Notes under the pieces: model-generated
What the model saw: the letters and a program-made list of their open reading frames with translations, nothing else
The model's database searches: none
What the model was told of the DNA's origin: nothing
Position numbers and translations under genes: made by a program
DNA from: the human T2T-CHM13v2.0 reference genome, Homo sapiens
DNA length: 64,000 nt
Reading direction: 5' to 3' (one strand)
Assembly: GCF_009914755.1 (NCBI RefSeq)
Contig: NC_060925.1
Shown: piece after piece, positions 12,100 to 25,349 of the stretch
Numbering within the stretch: position 1 is the stretch's first letter
Layout: the number at the start of each line of letters is the position of its first letter

Positions 12100-13050
12100 C
12101 TGTGGTTTTAGCTGGGGCCAGCTTCCTGGAAAAGACTTGAGCTGTGCCCTGAAGAGTTAGTTTAACAGAGTTTGGACTAATAGAGAGAAGTGAGGGGTAT
12201 AATCAAAGTTGGATGAGCAAAGGCACGGAGGCTTGTACAGAGGATAGTGCAGAAACAATGTTAAATGTGTTTCTGAAGTGGAATAGTGAAATATGAGTTG
12301 GGATAGGGAGAATCCAGCTCATGAGAAATCTCTACTGAGGGACTGGCAAATTGGGGGCTTATTTCCATAAGCAGAAGGAAGCACTCAAAATTCTTGAACA
12401 GAGGAATGACATTTTCAGAGCCATGCTGCAGGAAGAGTAATTCAGCACAGGGTACAAAATGAATTGAAGTGAGAAACAGATGGGAATCAGTGAGGCCAAT
12501 AAAAGTTGATGGCGGTTAATTAAACAGGTGCCACTTGATGAGGCCTTAGACCAGCATGGCAGCTGCGTGAAAAAAGGAGTTGATTTTTGAGCCACTGGAG
12601 GAAGAATTAACAGAGACTGATTGCACGTGATAATAATAGAGAGAGAAGAGTCATGACATTTTAGATAAAGCAGCAGAAAGTTGGGGATACAATTAGTAGA
12701 GAGAGAAATTATAAAGGGCAGGATGGAATGTGGGACAGCAGCTGAATTTGGTTGGAAATCTTTGTATTTGAGATGATAAAACTTCACAATATTTAATATT
12801 TAGTAGGTATGCATAAGGGGTGCTATACACATTGGAGTGGTAGATGAATGAATGAAATCTTAGAAGTATCTGTCAGTAAAATGAAACCATAGTACCAGCT
12901 TATAGAGTGGTCTGAGTTAAGGATAGTGATATCGATTTAGGAAGTATCAGCTCAGAGTTCTGAAAACTGCCGAAGTGCATTCACCTCTGAAGGGAGAGAT
13001 AGAAGTGAGGTAAAACACAGAGGTGCTTCTATCTTTCAGGCAAACAGAAG
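12100..13050 (-). mobile_element. L2 fragments
   Basis: Antisense L2-like text such as TTGAACAGAGGAATGACAT and GAGGCCTTAGACCAG. Confidence 0.5.
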
Positions 13051-13137
13051 AGGCACAGAAAGCCAATGAGGGCATAAGGTCAGCTAGGTACAGATTTGTT
13101 GCTATAAACCTAAATAAACTATAACTCAGTTGCTTGC

Positions 13138-14563
13138 TGTCTTAGCCCATTTTGTGTTGCTATTACAGACTATCACAGACTGGGTAACTTGAAAATAAAT
13201 TTCTTTTTTTTCATATCATTTATTGTTATTTTTATTGTTAAAATGCCTATTGCAAAAAATTCAGAAAATATGGCAAAATAGATTCTTTTTTGTTATTATA
13301 CTTTAAGTTCTGGGATACATGTGCAGAACGTGCAGATTTGTTATATAGGTATACACACACCTTGGTAGTTTGCTGCACCCATCAACCCGTCATCTACATT
13401 AGGTATTTCTCCTAATGCTCTCCCTCCCCTAGCCCCCAACCCCCCAACAGGCCCCAGTGTGTGATGTTCCCCTCCCTGTGTCCATGTGTTCTCATTAACT
13501 CCCACTTATGACTGAGAACATGCGGTGTTTAGTTTTCTGTTCCTGTGTTAGTTTGCTGAGAATGATGGCTTCCAGCTTCATCCATGTCCCTGTGAAGGAC
13601 ATGAACTCACCGTTTTTTATGGCTGCATAGTATTACATGGTGTATATGTGCCACATTTTCTTTATCCAGCCTATAATTGATGGGCATTTGGGTTGGTTCC
13701 AAGTCTTTGCTATTGTGAATAGTGCTGCAATAAACATATGTGTACATGTGTCTTTATAGTAGAATGATTTATAATCTTTTGAGTATGTACCCAGTAATGG
13801 GATTGCTGGGTCAAATGGTATTTCTGGTTCTAGATCCTTGAGGAATTTCCACACTGTCTTCCACAGTGGTTGAACTAATTTACACTCCCACCAACAGAGT
13901 AAAAGCATTCCTACTTCTCCACATCCTCTCCAGCATCTGTTGTTTCCTGACTTTTTAATGATTACCATTCTAACTGGCGTGATATGGTATCTCATTGTGG
14001 TTTTGATTTTCATTTCTCTAATGACTAGTAATAATGAGCTTTTTTTCATATCTTTGTTGGCTGCATAAATGTCTTCTTTTGAGAAGTGTTTGTTCATATC
14101 CTTCTCCCACTTTTTGATGGGGTTCTTTGTTTTTTTCTTGTAAATTTGTTTAAGTTCCTTGTAGATTCTGGATATTAGCCCTTTGTCAGATGGGTAGATT
14201 ACAAAAATGTTCTCCCATTCTGTAGGATGCCTGTTGGAAAAGAAATGTTTTTGCCATATGGTTCTGGAGGCTGGGAAGTACAAAAACATGGTACCTGCAT
14301 CTTCCAAGGGCCTTCCTGTCATGTCATTTAATGGTGGAAGGCAGAAGGACAAGTGAGGGTAAAGCAAGAAAGAGCAAGAGGGGGCCAAATTTGCTTTTAT
14401 AATAACCTATTCTCATTCACTCATGAGATAATGACATTAATCCATTCATGAAGGTGGAATCCTTATGGCCTAATCACCTTTTAAGGGTCCCACCTTTTAA
14501 TATCATCACAAGAGCAACTGAATTTCAACATGCATTTTGGAGGAGACATTCAAAGGACAGTGC
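13138..14563 (-). mobile_element. MST-family (MaLR) solo LTR interrupted by an L1
   Basis: TGTCTTAGCCCATTTTGTGTTGCTATTACAGA at 13138; resumes at ~14236 (GGTTCTGGAGGCTGGGAAGT...TTTCAACATGCATTTTGGAGGAGACATTCAAA). Confidence 0.8.
13283..14235 (-). mobile_element. 5'-truncated L1PA7/8-like element (ORF2 C-terminus and 3'UTR)
   Basis: ORF 13633-14388 contains the ORF2 C-terminus (RCWRGCGE...[13 protein letters not shown]). L1PA 3'UTR present. Confidence 0.95.
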
Positions 14564-14599
14564 TTGGAATAGAGCTATTTAAAACAATTAAAAAGCAAA

Positions 14600-15010
14600 T
14601 TTCTAATCATGAAAAATATTTTAACATAGATGGTGTATAAATAGCCAGAATATATGAATGTTTCTTTAGGCCAATAAGATAAAAATGATTATTCCAATAG
14701 AAAAATGGGTGGGGGCACAGGCAGGAAATTTCTAAAACGAATATTAAAGTCTGAGAAATATGCAGAAAGGTATTCAATTTCACTGGAAAAAAGAGAATTT
14801 AAAATAATATAGTTCTGTTGCTTAGCAAATTGGAAAATTTTTAATAAAAAAATACTCATCATTAACATATGGGAAACAGGTACTTGGTGGAAAAGTAAAC
14901 TCATGCAACAATTTGTTAAATTCTGGATAACAATTTGGTGATTCAGTGATTTGGTTCAGCAAGTTCTTGAAAATTATCTGAAAGCAATAATTGCTTGGCA
15001 CCAACATTTA
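14600..15010 (+). mobile_element. Highly degraded L1M (L1ME-like) fragment
   Basis: CCAATAGAAAAATGGG... resembles the 3' part of ORF2. Confidence 0.45.
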
Positions 15011-16809
15011 GATATAAAGATTCCTATTTCTGCTTTACATTTTAGTTATATGTCATAACATAAACTCTCTCTAGCTGATATTAGTAGTTATTAATAAAAT
15101 TACTATATTCATTGAATTGTGTTTAACTTTTATCCTAAATATCATGCATTACAGTTGTCATAACTGTAACATATTTCTTATATTATGCTGCTATACATTG
15201 ATTCTTTTCATTAATCAATACTTTTATTGATTAATCTATGCCATTTAGCTCTCCTGTTTTACAATTGTGCTTGCCTTCCTTCAAATTTCCTGGCCAGCGT
15301 CACTGTTGTTGAATTTCATTTTGATGTGGTAGACTGTCTGGTCTCCCCTCAGTGTTTCATGAATATCTTTTACAGTTCCTTATAGTGTCTTGCACCTTAA
15401 TTGATTGTGCATGAATAGATCATTTTTATGCTTCTTTAAACTCTTAAACCCTTGAAAAAAGTAAACACAGTTCAAAAAAATTAATAAAATAAGTAAATAA
15501 ACTGTCAGAAGTGCACTTAAGTTTTGTAAACTTTTAGTACTCCAAATTAAGTTAAAAATAGGTGACTTGTTTAATTTTACATGTTTTGGAAATTCTAAAT
15601 CTACTTTTAAAAAATATTAAGTTAATAGAGGCTTATATGATTTCTATAAACAGTAAATAAACTCATCAACTGCCATGGTCAACATTTATAAATAAATTAG
15701 TTAACACCAGATGCTAGCATTTTCATTTGTTGGGTGATCATATGCAAATAACTTCCTTCTGACCCTTGGAAAGTAGTCCTAAGAGTTTTCTAGATAATGA
15801 CAGCTAGCTAGTTAGCTAGCTAGAAACTATTTGAAAATAATGGGGGAATTGATTAAATATATTTTAAATGCATAATAAAATAAATCATGTTAGTTTTCTA
15901 ACAAACATAGAATGAAGTAGGTCACTGCATTTATTAGTTTTTGCCTTTTTGATAACACTTTTGTTTCTTTGATATTGACAAGGACCAGAAGGGACATAGG
16001 AGAAGCATACCAAGTGTTCAGGTTCAGTTTAAGTTGATATGCTTCTCGTTTTTACGGAAATTGATTTTTCTCCCTAGGGCAATGGCATGTATTAATATTT
16101 AGCATAAAAAGCACTGAAAAACACAGCTTTATTATTTTGTACTGGAAAGGAGTGGAAACATATAGTCTTTCATAAATCTTATTTGAAGTGAGCCACTGTA
16201 ACTTATGGAAACATGTTGTATTTCACAGATGTGCTGGGGCAGAGAAAGGATTGCAAAGCACTGATCCAGGGTTGAAAATCCTTGAGTTCTGTGCAGCTGC
16301 TGCCACTTCCTGTGATGATTCCAAGAGAAATATACTTATAGAGATCCAAGTAATGCAAAGCATGTTGTATATTTCTACAAAGCTTTTGGTATAAACACCA
16401 ATAGAGTTATTTGTTGAGTTAATTAGACTCCTCTTTACCTAAGCCTCAAGCAAAGTGAACTTTGTCCCCTGTCTTTTTTCTAGCCCCCTTTGACATTGGC
16501 ATCTGAATAATTTCATTCTCAAGACCAGAGGAAGCAAGTCTGAGGAGGTGCCAGTTAGAGAATGACTTCTTAGGATCCAGCACATCTGCGGTTTAACCTG
16601 TAAACCCCAGGGGAGCATCCTCAGCCACATAGAAAATGTCACCTACTTAGGCTTGAGGCTTTAATGTCTTGGTCATATCAAAAGTTCTAGTTCCTGGCAC
16701 CTTAGATTTGCTTGTGTTTTTGAACTTAATCTAAAAATGATGGGTGGGGGAAATAGGAAGAGGCCAATGTGTAACAATTGTTGAGGGACAAGATGAAGGC
16801 CACATAACA

Positions 16810-17032
16810 TGGTGATCAAGATAGCAGGCTCTGGTGTGGTACTGAACTGCCTGGGCTAAAATCCTGTTTCTGTCAATTCATAACTTAGTCAAGTTACTTA
16901 ATGACTTTATGCCTCTGTTTCCTCATCTGTGAAATGGGAATTATAATATATGACTTATGAGAATTAAATTATGTAATACAGGCAAAGTACTTTTGGAATA
17001 TATGAAGTACTAAATAAATGTTTGTTGTTATT
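16810..17032 (+). mobile_element. MIR SINE
   Basis: CAAGTTACTTAA...TGCCTCTGTTTCCTCATCTGTGAAATGGGAAT. Confidence 0.85.
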
Positions 17033-17639
17033 ATCCAGAGATACCATGTGACCATTCCATCAGAACCTCAGGTAGTAGTGTTTCTAGGAAGTGGCTACAT
17101 ATGTCAAAAAATTGTATGAGTATATACACAGTTTATTCAAGTAGACTTGTTTGTCCTAACCACACTCAATCAGATTTTGAGCGTGGACAGCCATTCGAGA
17201 ATGTTTTGGTCTGATTGGTCAGTCTCTCCATTTAGAAAAACTACATGATATGGGCAGTTAAATTATAATCAGAAAGTTACATGGAACACATAAAATTTGA
17301 TTATAAGTAGATTACCTGGGACACTCAGCTTTGGTGGTCAAATGCACTCATCATCTCTTAAAATAAATACACAGATTGGTAGATCAGGGGGTCATCTTTA
17401 CTAAATAGTGAAGAAGACTTAAGGAAAATGTTGCTTTTTGGGTTTTGCTTTTCTAGATTCTAAGCAGCTTGTTTCCCTTCCATTAACAGCTTCTACTTTC
17501 AGATAGAATCAACTTTACGTTTATTCAGGCTTATTAGTTGCAACTGTACTCTACTCTTCCCTGAGTCTACATGCTATTTTCCTGATTCAATTTCGAGGTC
17601 CCCAAATCTCAGTCACACAATTACAGATACTCTTCTAGA

Positions 17640-17800
17640 GCAATGCTTCTCAAATTTTAATGTGTACAGAAAGTACCTGGATATCTTGTTCAAATTCAGA
17701 ATCTGACTTAGTAGGTCTGGGGCGGGGCCTGAGATTCCGTATTTCTAAGCTCCAAGTGATGTCGATGCTGCTGGCCCATGGATTCACTGTGAGCAGCAAG
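17640..17800. mobile_element. MER5-type hAT-Charlie element
   Basis: AGTAGGTCTGGGGCGGGGCCTGAGATTC...GATGCTGCTGGCCCATGG. Confidence 0.8.
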
Positions 17801-18614
17801 TTTGTAAATTATCTGTGTGGATCCTAATGCCATCCATTGCCTATAAACTTTTCCTGATTTTACATTTGGGGAAAAATATAATCTCTAAGTTCTGGGAGTG
17901 CATATAGAAAGTGCAATTGGAAAGGGAAGTGGAAAGGGTGGGAGGCGTAATTTGCCATTCCACACAGGGAACTCACTTCTCTGTGTACTAATAGCAAATG
18001 GCTTACCTGATCACCTCATATGGCTATTAGGATGTTTGCCGGTGCTTTATAAACTGTGAAGAGATGCACAAAGTGACTGGCTATGCACCTCTTAATAAAT
18101 CTTGCTGATTCCTGGCTACATAGATTGTCCATGTGAGAAGAAACTGGAAGCAAAACGATGACTATAATTTAGAGCATCTGTGCTTGTCTCTTAATATGGG
18201 TTTCCTTTGAAGTCACTACAGTTTTCTGTCTGTAATGTCTAAGACAGAGTGCCACTCCCAGTGAGTAAGTTTTTGTCCTTGTTTTTAGCTTCTCTGAAGG
18301 GTGACTCCCTGTCTCTGAAAAAACTGCCAAAGTGTATTTTTTTAACACCAAAATTTCTGTTTTAAGTCAGAATGTCTCAAACATATCTTCCATATTTGGT
18401 GAAAAATTGTTTTTCTTTTTCTACCTGATGGGGTAATAGAGAGACAGGTTTGCTTTATTTGCATATAGTATTTTTAGGGATTGTTGTTGAATAATAATCA
18501 TAATAATGATTACCATTTTTTGAGTTCCTACATTGTACTATGAACTGCTTTGTACTTTACATACATTTGGGTTTTTTTCCTAATCATTAAAATAACCTTG
18601 AAAACTTAGGATTT

Positions 18615-19521
18615 TGTGTTGGTCAGGACATGTTCAACTAAGTTGCAGAAACAAAGAACTGCCAAAATTTCAGTGTTTTAGCAAAACAAATGTTGATCAC
18701 CCTGTCATACAAGTCCAATGCTGGTCAGCAAAGATTCTTCATCTTACAAAACCATTATCTTAATTTGGGTCTGGGTCTTAATTTATAAAGGCGACTGAGT
18801 GATAACATGGAATGGTCAATGCCATTGGAAGAAAAGCTTATAGTTCCCCAGGTCCTCGAAGTACAGGGCACCACATAGGACCACGTGGGGAAGCACAGAG
18901 TCAGTCAGGAGGCAGAAGCAGGCACGAGGGGAAGGCCTGGCCCAGAGGCTTCCTCATGTTTTCTCATGGAAAGGCAAAGCAGGGCAGGCGAAGCAGCTTA
19001 GGATTGGATGATTGGAATAATGTTGGGGTGCTCTGGGCTACTAGAGGTGGGTTCTGGGCCCTAGTTTTCTGGCACCCAGCCCTGGGTGATTTAGGGCAGG
19101 GGAAATAGTGGCTCGGTATGTGAGAGTTAGATAAAGAGAGCAGTAGGAGGTATGGACTCAGAATTGTTTTGTTTGTGATTTGATTTTTATGCGGTGGTAA
19201 AAGCTGGATTGCAGGGGAGATGTAAACAGCTTTGGCCATGAGTTGGCCTGTGATTGATGGATGTCACACAGAAAAATACAGAATCTAAGAAAATACAGAA
19301 AACATCTAAACACATGGCCTCTGAGCTTACCATAGCAGAAGGAGAGAGAGTTGGAGCTCCCAATGGGATGTTTTTAGGAATTAAATCTCCCTCTTCATAG
19401 CCCAGTTCTCCTGGCTCCAAGCTCACTGCAAGGAAGGCTGAGAAATGTAGTGTTTTTCTTGTCCAGGAAAAGGAAAATGAGATGAGATTTGGTGAACACA
19501 TGCTATGTTGTCTCTGCCACA
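18615..19521 (-). mobile_element. Old MLT1 LTR inside a MIR, itself interrupted by an ERVL-type LTR (~18750-19270)
   Basis: MLT1-like ends (TGTGTTGGTCAGG... and CTGCAAGGAAGGCTGAGAAATGTAG...CTCTGCCACA). MIR halves at ~18500-18612 and ~19525-19650. The inner LTR resembles the MER54/MER74 group. Confidence 0.55.
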
Positions 19522-20954
19522 CTATAATTACCTCCAACTTATAAAAGAGTAAATTGTGGTTCTGATTGATTGTGACTTATCCAAAGTACTCATTTTTCAA
19601 ATGGCAGAGCCAGGGCTTGAATCCAGGCATTCCAAAGTGTTCTTCTTTCCCTGTGTCACAGGACCTTTGAATTGAATACAATAATCCTGACCATATAGAT
19701 AAAATAGGCTGACATCATATTTTATGGGTTCATAATTGAGAAGGAACTCCGGATTATTATTAATGTGAAGGCCATTAGACAGTTGAGCTAAGACCTTAGG
19801 ATCCAGTGTGTTCAGATTAAGGTCTGACATTCAGAGCACTGAATACAAAGTAAAGTGTCTGACTTTTCAGTTACATTATCAAAAGTTGAAGATCAATAGC
19901 CAGGGGGTTTAAAACAGCTGGGTAAATAACAGTTAACAAAATTTTTAAATTTTTCTCTGAAGAGAGGTATAAAGAGCACAGTCTTATCCCTAGCGGGTAC
20001 TTTTTGGTGGTGAGAGTCTGAACCACCATCCTCAGGGTCACCACCTCACATTCTTGCCAGTACTACCTTGATAACACAATGGGGAGTCACCTTCAGCTGA
20101 GCTGATGGTAAGATCAGGGAAGGTACAGTCCAACACAAGCGGTGCAGAAAGTCCCCAGTTTTTACCACAGTGAGTTCCTGGAAGCTATGTCACAAAGCAG
20201 ACCATTATGAAGTGGATCATATTTTGCCAAACAAATAATGCCATACATTGGGTGAGGGATGTGCTACTGATCAAGAACTAATTCTCAATTAAGTCAAACA
20301 TATAAGCAGATGATTTTTGAAAACAAGAGTATATAAACTATACAATTCTATTATAACTTTAAAACAGTAATGCCAGCCTCTAGATTTTATTAAATGGACA
20401 CAAACATAGAGTTCACATTGAATCTGAATAGAATTTCAATAGAATATGTCTATAGTGCATACATCTCTACTGTTCTTTAAACATGACTGCTATTAATAAT
20501 TTTATTTGCAACTTTAGAATGTAAAGTTTTGTTGATATTATCCAGATGGATCATGTCTCTTTAAGAAAATAAGAAATATAGTCTTTCTCTTGTCTTCTTC
20601 TGCCTGAGGAGGTCTGAGGTGAAATATATATATATTCATAGCTCTGTGAAGTTCCTAATATTAAGTATGCATTTTCAGAATCATTCTATGGATTTATTGA
20701 GTAGAGAGAGAGGTATACTTGGAAAATGTGCACCTGTCCACAATAGGGTCATCTGTCTACAACAAGGATTTTCTACAATAGGGAAATGGCAAGGATTGAC
20801 TCTGGACTTAAAGCCAGCTCAAAAAAGATGAATAAATTCCTCCCTTAGCCTTTGCATCAATATATATGAGATGGATCTTGTTTCAATTATTGGGTCTAAT
20901 TTCCTTCATAAGTCATAAAAAATGTTTCACTAACTCAAATATTTCTACAGTAAA

Positions 20955-21497
20955 ACCATCTGCTAATAATTCAGCAATTCCACCCCTAGATATACACATA
21001 AGAGAAATGAAAGTTGTGTTCTTCAAAAAATCTGTTAGCATTACTCATAACAGCCAAACAGTGTAAGCAACCCAAATGTCCATCAATGATAAATGAATAA
21101 ATAAAATGTACTATATCCATATAATGGATTATTATTTGGCCATAGAAGAAATGAAGTACTGATGCATGTTCAACACAAATGGGCCTTAGAAACATCATGC
21201 CAGCTGAAGGAAACCAGTCACAAAGGACTAAATATTGTGTGGTTCTATTTATATGAAAAGTCCAGAACAGGCAAATCTATAGAGACAGAAAGTAGGTGAG
21301 TGGTTGTCAGGGACTGGGAGATAGGGTGGGTGGAGGTTGAAATTAAGGCTATGAGATACGGGATTTCTTTCTGAGGTGACGAAAATGCTCTAAAATTTAT
21401 TGGAATGACGGTTGCACAAGTTGGTGAGCCACTGAATTGTACACTTTGAATAACTAAATGTATGGTATGTGAATTATATGTCAATAAAGCTGTTAAA
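20955..21497 (+). mobile_element. L1MB-type 3' end
   Basis: CAACCCAAATGTCCATCAATGAT...GGTATGTGAATTATATGTCAATAAAGCTGTTAAAA. Confidence 0.88.
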
Positions 21498-23352
21498 ACA
21501 ACAACAGTTCCATCTGCTAGACAGCTAGCTCACCACCTCAAGAAGCAGTGAAAAACTTCTTTTCACATTATATGTCCTGATTTGGGGACCAAAAATGTGG
21601 GATTTTCAATAGCATTCCTGATATTCTGGTGTGAAGGAAGGAAAATATATAAATTACATAGCTTCAGCTCATACAGAGTTTAAAATATTGTTGAAGAGGT
21701 GAGAATTACATCAAGGAACACTTAGAGAACACACTCCCACTTGCAATCATCCTTATGACTTTTTTTGGCTGTGGTTTTTAGGTCAGATTATTATTATTTT
21801 TGTCCAAAATGATGCATTTTTGATATATTCATTCCATAGATATCTATAAGCACCTGCTGCACTTCAGATACCATGCTTATAAAGGAGGACTGCTGTTTCA
21901 TCTTCTGTCTCTCCTCAAAATGTCATAGTCCAGCGGAATAATGGAATAAATGCCGAGGCTATCTCTTCTAGAAGCATCACGGATGCTGGAAAGAGCTCTG
22001 TGATGAGGCTCAGGAGGCCTGACTAGTCTGGGCCTGACTACCCATTGCCTCTGTTTTCTTGGACAAGTCATTTATTTCTGAATCATAGTTTGCTTTCTTT
22101 GTAAAATGAGGGGGCTGGTTTCTCTCATGTTCTTTTCAACTCTGTATACTACTTAGGTTGCATAAGAGGTTGATATTGGTCATTTGAGAAAGCATTTTCC
22201 CTTTTCTGTTGCTTTTAAGGAAAGAAAATGAATGCATTTAAAAAGAGAAACTCTTTCTATAATTTGTTACACAAATAATGTGCATTTGCCATGATGATCT
22301 GAAACCCCAAGGTTTTATGGTAAGCAGTTATTACCTTACCTCTTACTTGAATATGTGTGAGTAAATTGCATGTAGAGTTGAATAGTGCTGCTGGGAAGGC
22401 AACTTCTTTCTACTCCCAGAAGGTATTAGGATAGTGTCCTTTGCCTATTGTGCTACATTTATTTATAATTTTAGGAAGAAGAAAATTAATAATGAAACTT
22501 GAATAATCACCCATAATGTTACCGGTTTCCACATACGCCATTATTGAAGACTCATTTATTTATCTCTTGCCATCTGTTGGCATTTGATCAAAAACCAAAA
22601 GATGTAAAAATGAGTCATGGCTTACTCTCTCTCAGTACCCTTTACCTTTATGGCTGTGAGTGAGAGAGAAGGTGTGTCATACCCAAACCCACTGATAGCC
22701 AGTAACAGAGGAAATGAAGGGAACTCTTCAAAGCCCAAAGCAAGAATGTGCATTTGTTGTGGTAACTACCTTGGAAAATGAAAGTTTGATGTTGTTTTCT
22801 TGTGATAACTATTTTGATTCTCCAGCTATACTCTTAAAAGAGGAGGAAAAGCAGGGAGCAGGGGCATTTTTATAGGACATATTCCCAGAGATAATAAAAA
22901 GTCTACATATTCCGCATGCTCTTGGGAACATGGACTTCCGATGCCACTGGACAAAGTTACCTTTGTGTGTCTTTGAATGTACCTGCTGCAAAGGGGAAAT
23001 CAGGCAGCCTTTCCTACTATAAGGGTGGCTGCTTTCCAACCAAGAACAGACAAGCCTTCTCTGCTGGAACTAGGATGAGGTAGCTATTTTAGGTGGGGGA
23101 ACCCGTCCCACAGCAAATGTGAGTAGTAACACAAAAGCATTTTTAAAACTTTGAATCATAGATACCCAAATTTGGGAGGAAGCCTAGAACTCATCTAGTA
23201 CAATCCTTAGTTTTACAGGCAAAGAGACACAGGAAGGTGACGTGACTTCTTCAGGGTCCCACAGCCATTCATAGAGATCAGCACCTTGATCTCTTGAAGC
23301 TAAATTTCATGTTTCTTACAGGGGGTTATTTAGAATAGATCAGATAATAGTT

Positions 23353-23354
<2 letters not shown>

Positions 23355-23400
<46 letters not shown>
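23355..23400 (+). repeat. (AT)23 microsatellite
   Basis: Perfect run. Confidence 0.97.
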
Positions 23401-23402
<2 letters not shown>

Positions 23403-23732
23403 TGGATGTTTTTAATTTTCAAATAATTTTCACATGTAGAGTAAGAAACTGGGTTGTTATTCTTAATTTTTCCTTCTACAATGGTGAGCACTATTGTACA
23501 TAAGCATATTGTACATGATTGTTACTCAATATTTATCTCCTGGTTTACTCTGTAAAACAGTTAGGAAAAGAATTAACTACCCCCACTTGACCAATGTAGA
23601 AATTAAGGCAGAGGCTTGTCTGGGCCTACCAATTCTCTGTGCTTCAGTAGTTTCTCTGAAGACTAGAAATAATAGGATTATTATGGCTGCTCAGGTGCAG
23701 CAAAGAAAAATGACAACAAATCTCAGATTATT

Positions 23733-23914
23733 ATGACAGATTAAAGGTGGCCACAAATTCTTCGCCTCTTTTCTCATCAACGGGGGTGTTTAGGTCAGGC
23801 CCAATGGCTCACGCCTGTAATCCCAACACTTTGGGAGGCCGAGGAAGGCAGATCACTTGAGACCAGGAGTTCAAGACCAGCCTGGCCAACATGGTGAAAC
23901 CCCATCTCTACTAA

Positions 23915-23955
<41 letters not shown>

Positions 23956-24584
23956 AGTTGGATGTGGTGGCACACCCCTGTAGTCCCAGCTATTCACGAG
24001 GCAGAGGTAGGAGGATTGCTTGGACCTGGGAGGCGGAGGTTGCAGTGAGCCAAGATTGCACCATGTGCACGTCCACGCCACAAAGCAAGACGCTGTCTCA
24101 AAAAAATAACCAAAAAAGAGCTGGTGTTTATTTGGTGTTTATTTCTCCTCTCTCCAAATCTGGGCTGGGCTGTGACTGCTTTTACAGATGAAGTAATATG
24201 GAAGGGATGGTGTGTTCGCTGTGGACCTAGCCTTTATGACGACTGGCAGCTTTTCCTTGGTCTCTTAGAGCCCTGAGCTTCCATGTAAGAAGACCAGCTA
24301 CTCTGGAGACACCACATGGAGAGGGAGAGGAGGAAAGACTCAGTAGAGCCTAGCCTTCAGCCGTCACCACCAAGGTGCCTGACATGGGAATGAGGGCATC
24401 TTAGACCTGCCTATCAGTCTGGCTGAAGATCACCAAGTAAATGCTGTGCAAAACAGACAAATGGTCCATCCCAGCTCTGCTCAGACTCCTACATGACATA
24501 ACTGTGAGCTATAATGAAAATGCCTTTTGTTTCAGCCACTAATATTAGGGATAGTTAATTATGCTGGGACAGATAACCCTAGCA
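23733..24584 (+). mobile_element. MLT1 (G/H-like) LTR interrupted by an Alu
   Basis: AGATTAAAGGTGGCCACAAATTC start; GCCCTGAGCTTCCATGTAAGAAG; end TTCAGCCACTAATATTAGGGATAGTTAATTATGC. Confidence 0.65.
23793..24117 (+). mobile_element. AluS with an expanded (AATA)~10 middle linker
   Basis: Dimeric Alu. Linker repeat at 23913-23952. Partial TSD GGTGTTTA. Confidence 0.92.
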
Positions 24585-24653
24585 GTTGTTATAAGAAGTA
24601 AATGCGTTTATACATAAAAGCATTTAGAACAGGACCTAATGAATAAATATTAG

Positions 24654-25107
<454 letters not shown>

Positions 25108-25349
25108 TATATATTCTTTTTTAATAGCTTGTAAAATAAGTCAAGAAAATTCTGAAGCTCTAGGTCTCCAACATTCATTTTACGTTTTTGTTCCATGACA
25201 CTGTGCTGCACAGTCTAGAAAGCATAAGTGAGACTGCTGTGTTTCCTGGCTTTCTACTTTCTTTTAAGGCATGTTCAACCTGAGGCAGCCATGAGCCACT
25301 TTGGCACATGAGAATTCAATTTGGCATTTTATTTATACATTTCTACTCT

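Noticed and set aside
13633-14388. 251-aa ORF as a novel LTR-L1 fusion protein
   Set aside because: It is chance read-through from the MST LTR into a truncated ORF2 tail. It has a TTG start and no promoter or splice support.
15210-15235. Perfect 11-bp hairpin ATTAATCAATA-CTTT-TATTGATTAAT (also AGCT palindromes near 15802 and a hairpin near 59755)
   Set aside because: These are short and AT-rich or low-complexity, too small for a pre-miRNA, and expected by chance or local slippage.
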